From positions 1 through 64,000 of the forward strand of contig CAVTUQ010000034.1 in the NCBI GenBank assembly GCA_963737905.1: 64,000 bases of DNA, in the 5' to 3' direction. Position 1 is the first letter of the stretch, and each line of letters starts with the position of its first letter. Below, piece by piece: positions 10,568 to 20,620 of the stretch. Under the pieces are notes generated by a model. The model worked only from the letters and a program-made list of their open reading frames with translations, did not search any database and had not been told where the DNA came from. The DNA is from an uncultured delta proteobacterium (GTDB lineage: Bacteria; Desulfobacterota; Binatia; UBA9968). The translations under genes were made by a program, and so were the position numbers.

Positions 10568-11599
10568 CTATGGGTTTAATGCCAATAGCTTCTTTTGCAC
10601 CTCGTCCATCTTAGCGGGCCAGCTTTTTTGCTCCTTGAAAAACTGAACGGCCGCCGGGTGATACGGCATCGTCACTTCCGGGTCCACGGCTCGTTCTTTG
10701 GTCCACTCCCTGAACCCGGGGTGAAGCGGGGGCAGCTTGGCGATATTGTCCCAGATGGCCTTGAGCACAGCCTGCACCACGGCATCGGGCAGTCCCTTAT
10801 GGCCGACGAAATAAATGTCATAGGTGTACGCGCAGGTGTCTTCGACGATGCCGGTTGATGAGCCGGCTTTGACGATCGAAAGATAGTAACCCGGCACTGC
10901 TTTTTTGATCCGCTCTTCGCCTTGGGGCGAACAATCGAGGGGGATATAGCGGATGCCCACCGCGGCGTCAGCTTCTTTGACTTTGGCCGAACCAATAGCA
11001 TGCGTGGTCACGTCGGCGCGCCCTTGCACCAGGGCATCGACGCCTTCGTTGACCGCGGGAACCGGCACGACTTTGACGTCGTTCCAGCTCAGTCCTCCGT
11101 TGGATAGAGCGCCGAAGACGTTGTACCAGACGGCTAACTGAGCAGGGTATTCGCCGGTGACGCGCTTCCCTTTGACATCACCGATAGTCTTGATCGGCGA
11201 GTCCTTCTTGACGATGAGACTGCTTCTTAGCGGTGAGCCGCGCATGATTAAACGGGAGTTAGGAACATGAGGAAAAGGATTTCTACCACCAATTTGTAGA
11301 CGCTTCGGGCCTTGATAGGCGAGGCCCATATCTACCGCGTTCACTATACCGAATTCGAGCTCTCCGTTATCAATCAGCGGTAAAAATGTGCTGGTACCCG
11401 CATACGGTTGAACTTGGGCTTGGATCGGAGTGCACTCGCTCACTACCTTGGCTAGGCCGCTGGCCAACGCATAGAAAAGCGAGCCAGGCGGATTGGAGCC
11501 GATGGCAGCGGCCTTTGGCAGCTGCTGAGCTTGCACTGGATGAAGCATTAACAAGAGGGCAATGAGAGAAGTCACGCTCACTATCCATCGGATATTCAT
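10568..11599 (-). CDS. TAXI family TRAP solute-binding protein
   Basis: GSNPPGSLFY, VQGRADV, MPYHPAA; ATG 11599 with GGAGG RBS. Confidence 0.9.
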   Translation of the reverse strand: MNIRWIVSVTSLIALLLMLHPVQAQQLPKAAAIGSNPPGSLFYALASGLAKVVSECTPIQAQVQPYAGTSTFLPLIDNGELEFGIVNAVDMGLAYQGPKRLQIGGRNPFPHVPNSRLIMRGSPLRSSLIVKKDSPIKTIGDVKGKRVTGEYPAQLAVWYNVFGALSNGGLSWNDVKVVPVPAVNEGVDALVQGRADVTTHAIGSAKVKEADAAVGIRYIPLDCSPQGEERIKKAVPGYYLSIVKAGSSTGIVEDTCAYTYDIYFVGHKGLPDAVVQAVLKAIWDNIAKLPPLHPGFREWTKERAVDPEVTMPYHPAAVQFFKEQKSWPAKMDEVQKKLLALNP

Positions 11600-11672
11600 C
11601 GAGTTTCCTCCTTCAAATCGGGTGCCCAATCTACTCTTAGTGTTCTTGAAGTGTCAACGAACTTTTAGGCCG

Positions 11673-12827
11673 TCATTTTCCCCACAATTCCTTGGTGGCG
11701 ATGCGCGCGCCTTCGGCCATAGCTTCGAACTTCGCCCAGGCGATCTGGGGATCGCCTACGCGTGGTCCCAGGCCACAGTCCGTCCCTGCCATGACGTTTT
11801 CCCGGCCGACGATCTTGGCATAGCGCACCAGCCGGTCGGCAATCGCCTGCGGGTGCTCTACGATATCGGTCGCATGGCCGACGACGCCGGGCACGAGAAC
11901 TTTTCCTTCGGGTAGTTTGACTTCCTGCCAAACCCGCCATTCGTGCTCGTGCCTCGGGTTGGCGGCTTCGATAGAAATAGTGTCGGCGCGCACTTTCAAA
12001 ATCAGATCGACGATATCTCTGAGTGGGATGTCGTACTTGTGCGGGCCGTGATAGCTGCCCCAACAGGTATGAAAGCGAACTTTGTCGGGAGGGATATCAC
12101 GGAGTCCATGGTTGAGCGCGTCCACCCGCAGCGCGGCGTACTTGCGATATTCCGGCACGGACATGTGCGACATGAACTGCCAACCGTCCGGTAGATCGGG
12201 ATCGTCGATCTGGAGCAGGAAACCGGCATCGACGATGGCTTTGTATTCTTCGTGCATGGCATCGGCGATAGCGAACAGATAGGTTTCATCGTTGGGGTAA
12301 TAGTCGTTTTTCATCCAGTGTTCGATGGTGCCGGGCGCGATGGCGGGGAGAAAAGCCTCCTCGTACTGCTGTCCTTGGAGGCCGGCTTTGAAGTCATCGA
12401 TCTCTTGCTGCAAGCCTTTTTGACCGACATATTTGAGCGGCCCGTTGCAGAAGACTCTCCTGATATTGTCGCCTCGATTGGCGCCAGTCCGCTTGCTGAA
12501 ATAATCGCCAAACTCCACCATGTCGCGGGCGAAAATCGTCGAGGCCCGATCCTCCGGTTTCACCTCCCGTTCGATGAAGCCGGAGAGACGCTCGCGCGCA
12601 TAGCGGGAAAAATTGGATTTGCCGACTTCGCCGTCGTTGATGATATGAAGGCCGCAGTCCAGCTGCTTCCTCACAACCTGGGCAACTACCTCTCGCACCC
12701 TCTTGGTGAAAGCCTCTTGATCCACAGACTGCCCGCTGATCTGTGCGGTATGCATTTGTTTCAAGTCCGCCGGTTGTGGCAGGGCCCCGGCATGGGTCGT
12801 CAAAATACGTTCACTGCTTCGCTTCAT
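11673..12827 (-). CDS. Cobalamin-independent methionine synthase II family Zn enzyme (MetE C-domain / epoxyalkane:CoM transferase-like)
   Basis: ILTTHAGALP, NDGE, LQIDDP, HTCWG, TDCG. Confidence 0.85.
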   Translation of the reverse strand: MKRSSERILTTHAGALPQPADLKQMHTAQISGQSVDQEAFTKRVREVVAQVVRKQLDCGLHIINDGEVGKSNFSRYARERLSGFIEREVKPEDRASTIFARDMVEFGDYFSKRTGANRGDNIRRVFCNGPLKYVGQKGLQQEIDDFKAGLQGQQYEEAFLPAIAPGTIEHWMKNDYYPNDETYLFAIADAMHEEYKAIVDAGFLLQIDDPDLPDGWQFMSHMSVPEYRKYAALRVDALNHGLRDIPPDKVRFHTCWGSYHGPHKYDIPLRDIVDLILKVRADTISIEAANPRHEHEWRVWQEVKLPEGKVLVPGVVGHATDIVEHPQAIADRLVRYAKIVGRENVMAGTDCGLGPRVGDPQIAWAKFEAMAEGARIATKELWGK

Positions 12828-12925
12828 CTAAGATCTCCCTCCGTTATCATTATGATGCTCCTTCAGGCTTGCTTGTGGGTCTACACCAATTAAGTAGTGG
12901 AACCTTCTTGCAAGAGACGTTAGTA

Positions 12926-12974
12926 GACCGAAGACGGACGACCGGCCCGGTCTGCGGTCCCTGGTCATCGGTCA
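12926..12974. repeat. Inverted period-7 array (GACCGAA/GACGGAC ... GGTCATC)
   Basis: gaccgaagacggacgaccgg ... ccggtctgcggtccctggtcatcggtc. Confidence 0.5.
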
Positions 12975-13003
12975 TTTTTATCCCGTCGTGCTCTTCGTAC
13001 ACG

Positions 13004-13480
13004 CTACCAGCCCATCCAGGTCTGGATCATTCCGGCCTCGAATTGCATGTTGAGGAGACGTTGGAAAAGAAAATAAAAGAAACCCCAGGCCCCGGCCGTT
13101 AGCGCCACCGACTGCAACCAACCGATGCGGCTTTGCATCTTGAGGTACGAGATCATAAAGAGCGGGACCGCGACAGGGAAACCCGCCAAAAAAACCAACA
13201 GGATAAAACCAGCGACCCAAAGAAAAATTCCAATGGCGCGTTGTCGCGCCACTTCGGGCGTAACATCAGCCGTGAACTCCATGTCCACCACGGTGCCGCT
13301 AGCTTTCTCCGCTTTTCCCGAGAGATCCAGCAGCAGTTGCACTGCGGCGAGGACACACAGAGGAATGCTCACGGTCAGAGGAAAAAGCGCGGCCTTGAAG
13401 GTCCAGTCTCGAGCGGAATACGCCGCAGAAGCTCCCACGGCGATGAGAAACAGGCTAAAGAGAAGTCGACCCTTACGCAT
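13004..13480 (-). CDS. tctB: Tripartite tricarboxylate transporter TctB
   Basis: Small 4-5 TM protein overlapping the tctA stop. Confidence 0.75.
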   Translation of the reverse strand: MRKGRLLFSLFLIAVGASAAYSARDWTFKAALFPLTVSIPLCVLAAVQLLLDLSGKAEKASGTVVDMEFTADVTPEVARQRAIGIFLWVAGFILLVFLAGFPVAVPLFMISYLKMQSRIGWLQSVALTAGAWGFFYFLFQRLLNMQFEAGMIQTWMGW

Positions 13481-14984
13481 CAGCGGACCTCTCGAGTCGT
13501 TGGCGGCGTTCCTGCAGGAACGGATAGGCGATGACAAAAGCGGTTAGCAAGATTAAAAGCACGACGATGGGATGCGCTAGCCAGGAAAAGCCGTAACGGG
13601 AAACGGAGATAAAGAGGTAGGTCTCAATCAGCTTGCCTAGAACGAAACCGAGCACCAGAGGAGGCCGTGGCCAGCCATAAAGCACCATAAAGTAGCCGAG
13701 CAGACCGAAGATAAAGGTAACAATCAAATCCGCGATCTGGCCGTTGGCCGTGTAGCTTCCCACGAAGATTAAAAAGAGAACAAAGGGGATTATTATTTCG
13801 CCTCGAACATAGGTGATCTTCGCCAAGTGATTCAAAATCGCCAGACACAAAACCACAGTGACGATATTGGCGATGACCAGGGTCCAGACCATTGAAAATG
13901 TGATGGCGAGGTGCTTCGTCAACATGTCGGGGCCGGGCATGATGCCCATGATCAAAAAACCACCGAGCAAAATCGCCATCGCTCCACTCCCGGGCACGCC
14001 AAAGGCGATCGTCGGTATGAGCTCCCCTCCCTCTTTTGAATTGTTCGCTGCCCCCGGACCCAAGACTCCGCGCACATCGCCTTTGCCGAAGCCCTCGCGA
14101 TCCTTCACGCCTTTGGCGCTCTGCACCGAATGAGCATAGGCCATCCACTGCGCGACGCCGCCGCCCGCGCCCGGCATGATGCCAATGAAAACACCAATGG
14201 CGGAGCAGCGAAAAACCAACCAAAAGTGGCGAAAGGTATCTTTGACTCCTTCCATGACGCCGGCCTGGAGATTTTCCGGTTCCTTGTCTCCTGCGATGGC
14301 GGTTCCACGAATGGCGAGGTCGACGATCTCGGGAATGGCGAAGATTCCCACGATAACCGGTATCAGATCGAGGCCATCCCAAAGATACATGAGTCCCATA
14401 TCGAATCTGAGTGAGCCCGATTGACGCTCCTGGCCCACGGTGGACAACAGCAGACCGAGAAACCCCATGGCAAATCCACGAATTTGGCCGCGCGCCCCAA
14501 GTCCGCTCAGCGAAGTGATACAGGAAATACCTACGATCGATAGCATGAAAAGTTCCGGCGAACCGAAGGTAAGAACGAGGGGACGGACAATGGGGATCGC
14601 AAGAGCCAGAAAAACGGCGCCGATCAATGCGCCGACCAAGGAGCTCATGAGCGCCGCGCCCAACGCGCGCCCCGCTTCTCCCCGTTTGGCCATTGGGTGG
14701 CCATCCAGCACCGTTGCTGCCGACAGTCCCTCGCCGGGAACACCAAAGAGCACGGAGGTAATATCTCCCGTCGTGGCGGCGACAGAATGCATCCCCAGCA
14801 GGAAGGCAAACGCCTCGGCGGGGGCCATCTTGAAAATAAACGGGAGCATCAGGGCCAAGGTGGCGGGGCCGCCGATGCCGGGAAGAAGGCCCACGATAAA
14901 TCCTAAAAGCATCCCGACCATCATCAGGCTAAAGGCCTTCCACTGTAACACCAGGAGAAGGCCATCGATCAGAGCGTCGAGCAT
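13473..14984 (-). CDS. tctA: Tripartite tricarboxylate transporter TctA
   Basis: GLLPGIG, GVPGE, DGHPMAKRG, AANNS, LGFVLG. Confidence 0.9.
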   Translation of the reverse strand: MLDALIDGLLLVLQWKAFSLMMVGMLLGFIVGLLPGIGGPATLALMLPFIFKMAPAEAFAFLLGMHSVAATTGDITSVLFGVPGEGLSAATVLDGHPMAKRGEAGRALGAALMSSLVGALIGAVFLALAIPIVRPLVLTFGSPELFMLSIVGISCITSLSGLGARGQIRGFAMGFLGLLLSTVGQERQSGSLRFDMGLMYLWDGLDLIPVIVGIFAIPEIVDLAIRGTAIAGDKEPENLQAGVMEGVKDTFRHFWLVFRCSAIGVFIGIMPGAGGGVAQWMAYAHSVQSAKGVKDREGFGKGDVRGVLGPGAANNSKEGGELIPTIAFGVPGSGAMAILLGGFLIMGIMPGPDMLTKHLAITFSMVWTLVIANIVTVVLCLAILNHLAKITYVRGEIIIPFVLFLIFVGSYTANGQIADLIVTFIFGLLGYFMVLYGWPRPPLVLGFVLGKLIETYLFISVSRYGFSWLAHPIVVLLILLTAFVIAYPFLQERRQRLERSADA

Positions 14985-15124
14985 GGATTGTTTCTTTCAG
15001 ACGATGAAGTCAGTCAGGATGATCCCGAGGAAATGTCGAAGGGCCAAGACGGGCTATTCACGCTGGCTACGTTGCTAGACGAAATTTTGGTTGTGTGTGC
15101 GCTTTAGTGGAAGCGCCGAAAGCA

Positions 15125-15163
15125 ACCCCGAAGCAACGGGTTTGAGCTCGTTGCTCCGGGGTT
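15125..15163. terminator. Stem-loop between tctC and tctA (terminator or mRNA-stabilising hairpin)
   Basis: aaccccgaagcaacg ... cgttgctccggggtt. Confidence 0.4.
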
Positions 15164-15189
15164 CTTCGTAAAAACAGCCTGCGGGTAAA

Positions 15190-16206
15190 TTAATCCCCAA
15201 CCTTGATGTACTTACCCATCTCCTGCAAAACTTCCGGCGGCTGGCTCATCAAACTATTGAAATCCTTTTGCACCTGCTCGGCCGTGATGTGATGCATTGC
15301 GATCTTCGCTTTTTTAGATTCTGCCTGGAATTCCGGATCCTGGATGACTTTTGCCAAGGCTGCGCTCAAGATCGTCACCCTATCCTTCGGGGTTCCCGGA
15401 GCTACGGCGAAGGCCCGGCCGATGGCCAGGGGAATGCCTCTGATCCCCATGATCGCCTTGCCGATTTTATTGGTAGCCAGATCTTCGTCTACCGGAAGCT
15501 TCTCGAAACCGGGCATCGCCACGCGCCCCCGTACGAGCGGGCGAACGACGCCGCGGTCCATCGCGAGCTTGACCGTGGTGGCGAGAGCGGACCAAGAATC
15601 CACTTCCTTACGCTCCACCGCCAAGAGAATATCGCTATTTGCCGGATAGCCGGAAACTAACTTCAATTTACTAGCTCCGGCGAATTCCTTGAGCAGAAGT
15701 GGAAAGTCATGGGCGTTCGATCCCGGACCGGTGGTGCCCGCGACGATTTCATGGTCCGCCTTCCGCAGATCGTCGAAAGTCTTATAGGGCAGGTCTGCTC
15801 GGATCGATAACGCTACTCCATCGGCGCCCGATGATCCCAGCCATTGAAACTTCTGCACGTCGAAGCGGACTGTGTTCACCTTGGAAAGCTGGGCAATCGC
15901 CACGCTAGGGTTGGCCGCCAGAATGGTCAGACCGTCCGGCTTCGCGATATTGAAAACATTGTTAGTCGCCAAAATATGAGCGGCCCCCGGCATGTGTTGA
16001 AGAATCACAGCGGGCTTACCCGGGATATATTTTCCCAAGTGCTGTGCAACCAGTTGTGCCGCGATAGCGAGGCTGCCACTCTTGGCGCCGATCAGGACGG
16101 TAACGGTCTTTCCGTCGTAGAAGTTATCTTGTGCCTGGGCAGACGACCCCAGTAGGGGCAATACCAATAAGCCGGCCAGGACAGTTACGATCCACATGCG
16201 TCTCAT
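15190..16206 (-). CDS. tctC: TctC/Bug family substrate-binding protein
   Basis: Signal peptide, KYIPGKP, MPGA, AKPDGLTI, PGTPKDRV. Confidence 0.8.
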   Translation of the reverse strand: MRRMWIVTVLAGLLVLPLLGSSAQAQDNFYDGKTVTVLIGAKSGSLAIAAQLVAQHLGKYIPGKPAVILQHMPGAAHILATNNVFNIAKPDGLTILAANPSVAIAQLSKVNTVRFDVQKFQWLGSSGADGVALSIRADLPYKTFDDLRKADHEIVAGTTGPGSNAHDFPLLLKEFAGASKLKLVSGYPANSDILLAVERKEVDSWSALATTVKLAMDRGVVRPLVRGRVAMPGFEKLPVDEDLATNKIGKAIMGIRGIPLAIGRAFAVAPGTPKDRVTILSAALAKVIQDPEFQAESKKAKIAMHHITAEQVQKDFNSLMSQPPEVLQEMGKYIKVGD

Positions 16207-16336
16207 AAACTCCTCCTGTTAAACCAAAAAATTTTCCCTAGCGTTAGAACCGAATCCCCTCCAGTCTTCGGGTTAGCGGAGCCTAGCGAAGAAGAGACGA
16301 CGGGTCAAGAGGATTCTGGGCGGCAGGAGATCCTCT

Positions 16337-17341
16337 TCAGGTTTTTGGTTGGGCAGACATACGCGAGAAGACCCTTGTGGCGTTTCCCTCGGTAATTTTG
16401 CGTCTGTCTTCCTCGCTCAGCCAATCAATGGATTGAAAGATCGGCACGAGATCCTCGAAGTTTCGTCCGGTTTTTGGATCGATGGCATTTACTGCGCCGA
16501 ACATCTCCGTGGCGAACAAAACGTTGTCGACGCCGACGCGCTTGATCAAGAGCTCCATCGACTCCTTGTCGTAAATCGCCATGTCCCAGTAGACCTTGCG
16601 CGCCACTTCCTCGAACGGCTCGAGGCCTTCTCTGACGTGCATCCCGCGTTGCCGGTTCCAGTGGTAGGGGATCGCGCCGCCGCCGTGCGGAATGATGATC
16701 TTGAGCTTGGGGAAATCCTTAAAGACGCGAGAGCGGAGAATTTCGACGGCCGCCGCATTGTGATGCGCAATATAATAAGAGTTGGTCAGGTGCATCGCCG
16801 GATTAAGGGACGCGCTGGCGTGGATGGTACACGGCACATCCAGCTCCACCATTTTTTCCCACAGCGGATACCACCATTCGGTGGCCAGGGACGGCGTAAG
16901 TGGCTCGCGGCCCCCGGCGACATCGGGATTGACATTGCAGCTCACGAATCCCAGTTCTTTCACGCAGCGTTCCAGCTCGTCCACCCATTCCTTGGGGCCG
17001 ACGCCCGGCGACTGCGGCAGCTGGCAGACAGGTGAAATCTTGTCCGGCCAGCGTTTGGCGACGCGAGCGATGAGGTCGTTGCATGCTTCGGTCCAGTATC
17101 GGCTAATGACGGGCGAACCGAAGTGATGGCCCATGGCGGATGCCTGCGGCGAAAAGAGCAGCCGATCGATTCCTGACTCTTTCATGCGCTTGAATTGTCC
17201 CTGCATCGAGCGCTCCAGTTGCTCATCGCTGATCTGGAACTTGGCTCTCGTGGGCTTGCCGAGGTCGGTAATCTGCCGCCCCCGGTAGGCCTGCAATTCC
17301 AACGGAGCGGTGGTGAAATGGGTGTGCGCGTCAATGATCAT
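16337..17341 (-). CDS. LigJ-like amidohydrolase (4-oxalomesaconate hydratase family)
   Basis: MIIDAHTHFTTAP, FSPQASAMGHH, QLPQSPG, PHGGGAIPYHW, LFATEM. Confidence 0.8.
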   Translation of the reverse strand: MIIDAHTHFTTAPLELQAYRGRQITDLGKPTRAKFQISDEQLERSMQGQFKRMKESGIDRLLFSPQASAMGHHFGSPVISRYWTEACNDLIARVAKRWPDKISPVCQLPQSPGVGPKEWVDELERCVKELGFVSCNVNPDVAGGREPLTPSLATEWWYPLWEKMVELDVPCTIHASASLNPAMHLTNSYYIAHHNAAAVEILRSRVFKDFPKLKIIIPHGGGAIPYHWNRQRGMHVREGLEPFEEVARKVYWDMAIYDKESMELLIKRVGVDNVLFATEMFGAVNAIDPKTGRNFEDLVPIFQSIDWLSEEDRRKITEGNATRVFSRMSAQPKT

Positions 17342-17352
17342 AAGTTCCTCCT

Positions 17353-17479
17353 CAGGCCGCTGAAAAAGGCCCATCTGCTTCGTTGCACTCGATCGACTCG
17401 CTCCAACGTACCGCCGAGAGTACGCCTTCGCTCGTCGATTTCTCGCGCGCCTCGCAGCCGGACCTTTTTGAGCGGCCTG
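17353..17479. mobile_element. ~126-bp MITE-like long-hairpin element, copy 2
   Basis: CAGGCCGCTGAAAAAGG ... CCTTTTTGAGCGGCCTG; homologous to 4477..4603. Confidence 0.7.
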
Positions 17480-17587
17480 GAAAATTTTTCAAAATGTTCA
17501 ACTGAAAATGTTGACGCTTTCTTCGCGATTGTCACTTCTGATGCTGTCTGCTATAGGTCGCTTAATCTCAACCATAGGAGCATCGCT

Positions 17588-18451
17588 ATGCCAGACATAC
17601 CGCGACTTAACGGCGTAATCAAAGCCTTGGAGGAAGGCAAGACCGCCTTCGCTGCATTTAATCCGGTGGATAATGAAAGCGCGATCGCGATGGCGGGTTC
17701 TGCTCTTGACGGCATCGCGTTCGAAATGGAGCACGCTCCCTTGGATTTTCCCGGATTGCGCCAGGCGCTTCAGGCCATGCTCGACCGGCGCCAGATCGTC
17801 GAAGCAAACACACTCGCGCCCAAGGTCACGCCCATGGTTCGCATTCCACCCAATGGCGGGGAGATGAATCAGTGGGTCGCCAAGCAGGTGCTCGATATCG
17901 GCGTTTACGGAATCATCTTTCCTCATGTAAGCACAGTGGAGGAGGCTTGGAACGCGGTACGCGCCTGCCGCTATCCCCGTCTCTCTACAGCGCCGCTTTA
18001 CGATCCTCCCGGCATTCGTGGCGACGCCCCCGCGCGCGCGGCGCGCTATTGGGGGCTGACCCAGCAGGAATACTACCGCCGGGCCGATGTCTGGCCTCTG
18101 GCACCGCAGGGGGAAATCCTGGTCATTATTCAGTGTGAGGACACCCGCGGCATCGACAATCTGCCAAGAACTCTCAAGGAGGTGCCCGGCATCGGGGTGG
18201 TGCTGATCGGTGAAGGCGATCTGAGCCAGGAGTTGGGTCATCCCAGGGATTACGATCATCCGGTTGTTGCCGACGCGATCAACTCCATTCTCAAAATATG
18301 CAAAGAACACAACGTTCCCTGCGGCCATCCCCATCCCGATGCGAAAAATATCGAGCGTCTGGTCTCGAGCGGCTATCGTTTCCTGATGCCCACGGCGGCA
18401 CGCTCCTTCGCCGTTCTCGACCAGGGGCGGAAGCTTTCCGGGAGAAGCTGA
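17588..18451 (+). CDS. HpcH/HpaI aldolase family protein
   Basis: FEMEH, VRIPP, LDIGVYGIIFPHV, RYP, IGEGDLS; AGGAG RBS before ATG 17588. Confidence 0.85.
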   Translation: MPDIPRLNGVIKALEEGKTAFAAFNPVDNESAIAMAGSALDGIAFEMEHAPLDFPGLRQALQAMLDRRQIVEANTLAPKVTPMVRIPPNGGEMNQWVAKQVLDIGVYGIIFPHVSTVEEAWNAVRACRYPRLSTAPLYDPPGIRGDAPARAARYWGLTQQEYYRRADVWPLAPQGEILVIIQCEDTRGIDNLPRTLKEVPGIGVVLIGEGDLSQELGHPRDYDHPVVADAINSILKICKEHNVPCGHPHPDAKNIERLVSSGYRFLMPTAARSFAVLDQGRKLSGRS

Positions 18452-18590
18452 CCATTAAGGAAAAATCGATGCCGCGTAGGACAACGCCGCTTGCTCGCGG
18501 CGCTGACACTCTTCGGGAGGTACTCCCCGATCACAAATGCAACGCGAATCTGCATATGGATCTCGCGACGCGGCCTTTCGCTGCGCCGAA

Positions 18591-19547
18591 CTATTTTGCG
18601 GCGCGGGCGAAGGACCAATCGCGAACTTTAGAAATATCAGGCACTGCGTCGGGCTTCAGCTTAAGAGAATGGGCGGCGAATTCCATCGCCTGCCTGATCA
18701 CCGCGTCATCGACAATCATATTATCGGGCATGTGACTGAGTAAAAACTCGTAACTTTTAACCGCTTGGTCTTCCGGCACGTCGAGATATTCCCTGAGGAA
18801 AGGTATCATCTCGGACCGGCGCTCTTTCACGTCGCGGACCCCACCCGCGACTCCGCGGAGAAGGGCAAGAACCAAATCGCGGTTGTTCGCGAAATAATCC
18901 GGCGATCCGGAGATCCCATTCATCGGGTAGCGCACGAAGTCGGGTCCCCACGCCAGACGGTTGTAACCCTGCCGTTCGAGGTTGTAATTCAACGGTACGG
19001 TAACCAGGGCCGCGTCAACAAAGCCCGCCGCCATAGCGCCGCTGCGTGCCTCGCTTCCGCCCACGGCCAGTACGACCAAGTCCCGGTCCGGGTCAAGACC
19101 GTTACGTGTCACGATCTCACGGACAACCAAAGTGCTCATCCCTCCCAAAGAACTGACGGCTACTTTTTTGCCTTTCAAATCGCTCATGGTTTTGATCTGC
19201 GGCCGGCCAACCAGAACATAGGGGGCGTTATCGAGGTTCACGGCAATGGTGCGGATGGGTAAGCCTCGGACGGAGGCAAGGATAGCGGTTGGGATAATGC
19301 TCATGAAGTTCAATTCACCCGCCATAATCGCCTTGATGATGACGTCACTCTGGCGAATCGTGATAAAGTTGACGTCCAGCCCCTCTTGTTTAAAGTGACC
19401 CTTCCTAACGCTCATTTCGAAGGCCGCGGTGGCGAGACTTTTACCGGTCAATCCGATCGTGACGGACCGCAATTTTTGACAGAATGCCGAGGTAACCAGA
19501 AACAAAGTGGGAATAAAGAATGAAATTATGAATGCATTGCGTTTCAT
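18591..19547 (-). CDS. NMT1/THI5-like substrate-binding protein
   Basis: GHFKQEGLDV, DLKGKKVAV, AGFVDAA. Confidence 0.85.
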   Translation of the reverse strand: MKRNAFIISFFIPTLFLVTSAFCQKLRSVTIGLTGKSLATAAFEMSVRKGHFKQEGLDVNFITIRQSDVIIKAIMAGELNFMSIIPTAILASVRGLPIRTIAVNLDNAPYVLVGRPQIKTMSDLKGKKVAVSSLGGMSTLVVREIVTRNGLDPDRDLVVLAVGGSEARSGAMAAGFVDAALVTVPLNYNLERQGYNRLAWGPDFVRYPMNGISGSPDYFANNRDLVLALLRGVAGGVRDVKERRSEMIPFLREYLDVPEDQAVKSYEFLLSHMPDNMIVDDAVIRQAMEFAAHSLKLKPDAVPDISKVRDWSFARAAK

Positions 19548-19595
19548 GACGACACCTCCAGGCGAAGCAATGAAATTCACCTGAGCGAACACCCG

Positions 19596-20552
19596 TTACT
19601 TTTTACCCAACAGATTGATAAAGGTCGGATCCACCATCTCACTGGTAGGAATCTTTCGCTTGATCCTTCCCGTCTCAAATTCTTGCTCGATGGCGACGGT
19701 AATTCCTTTTTCAAGAATCCGGCCATCCAGAGGGAATGAGTCGCGGTACTCGTCGTAGCCCGCCGCCGATTCCGCAGCCTCCATCTGAACATACTTGCGC
19801 AGCGTTTTGACGGCATCGTCCCGATTCTCGCGCGTGTGCTTCACGCCCCGCTGAAAAGCCCTGAGAAACTTGACCGTCTGTTCTTTTTCTTTTGCCAGCC
19901 AGGGTTCCCGCGCTATGAAGCCTACGTTAGACCACTCCGGGTAAATTTCCTTTAAATCAAAAAGGAATCTGAATCCCATTGCTTTCGCTCTCTCAGTGAC
20001 CGGGAACCAGAGCACAGCGGCATCCACAGATCCTGAGGCCAGAGCCGTAAAACGCGCCGGAGTCGCGCCAATCTGCAAGAGAGTCGCCTCCTTAGGATCG
20101 GCTCCGAAGTGGCGTATGCTCGAACGCGTCAAAAATTCAGAAAGGGAGCCGAACCGGCTGATAGCGAACTTCTTCCCCTTGGAATCCTTTAACGATTTGA
20201 AGCCAGGATTTCCATAAATCTGAAAAGGCATCAGGTTGGAGATCGCCCAGAAGTTTTTGATGTCCGCCCCGCTGGCTCGCGCGACAACCGTTTCCGGCAC
20301 TCCCCCCGCCATGATCTGCACGTCACCGCCGATGAGCGCTTGAAGATTGGTCGCCCCCGCATTGAACATGACCACGAGAACATCGAGTCCCTCATCTTTG
20401 AAAAAACCCTTGTCCTGGGTCACATAGATGGGTAAGAACGCCACGTTCACCGTGGAAACGCCGACGACGATTCTGGCATCGGCCCGCTTGAGCGGCAGCG
20501 CGCTCAAAATACCGATAAGTAAAATAAACAGCCAAACCTTGGCTCGACGCAT
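19596..20552 (-). CDS. NMT1/THI5-like substrate-binding protein
   Basis: KGFFKDEGLDV, KGKKFAISRFGS, SGSVDAA. Confidence 0.85.
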   Translation of the reverse strand: MRRAKVWLFILLIGILSALPLKRADARIVVGVSTVNVAFLPIYVTQDKGFFKDEGLDVLVVMFNAGATNLQALIGGDVQIMAGGVPETVVARASGADIKNFWAISNLMPFQIYGNPGFKSLKDSKGKKFAISRFGSLSEFLTRSSIRHFGADPKEATLLQIGATPARFTALASGSVDAAVLWFPVTERAKAMGFRFLFDLKEIYPEWSNVGFIAREPWLAKEKEQTVKFLRAFQRGVKHTRENRDDAVKTLRKYVQMEAAESAAGYDEYRDSFPLDGRILEKGITVAIEQEFETGRIKRKIPTSEMVDPTFINLLGKK

Positions 20553-20620
20553 AGGTGTTATTCTCCTTGATCTTCGAGTTGGACCCGACACCCGAAACCT
20601 GAAATCCGTATCGGGTGTTC

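Noticed and set aside
11673-12827. Calling this gene metE
   Set aside because: Single-domain ~384-aa protein without the N-terminal half; this family includes non-methionine enzymes.
17195-17587. 131-aa N-terminal extension of the aldolase
   Set aside because: It overlaps the opposite-strand gene and the hairpin element; ATG 17588 has an RBS.
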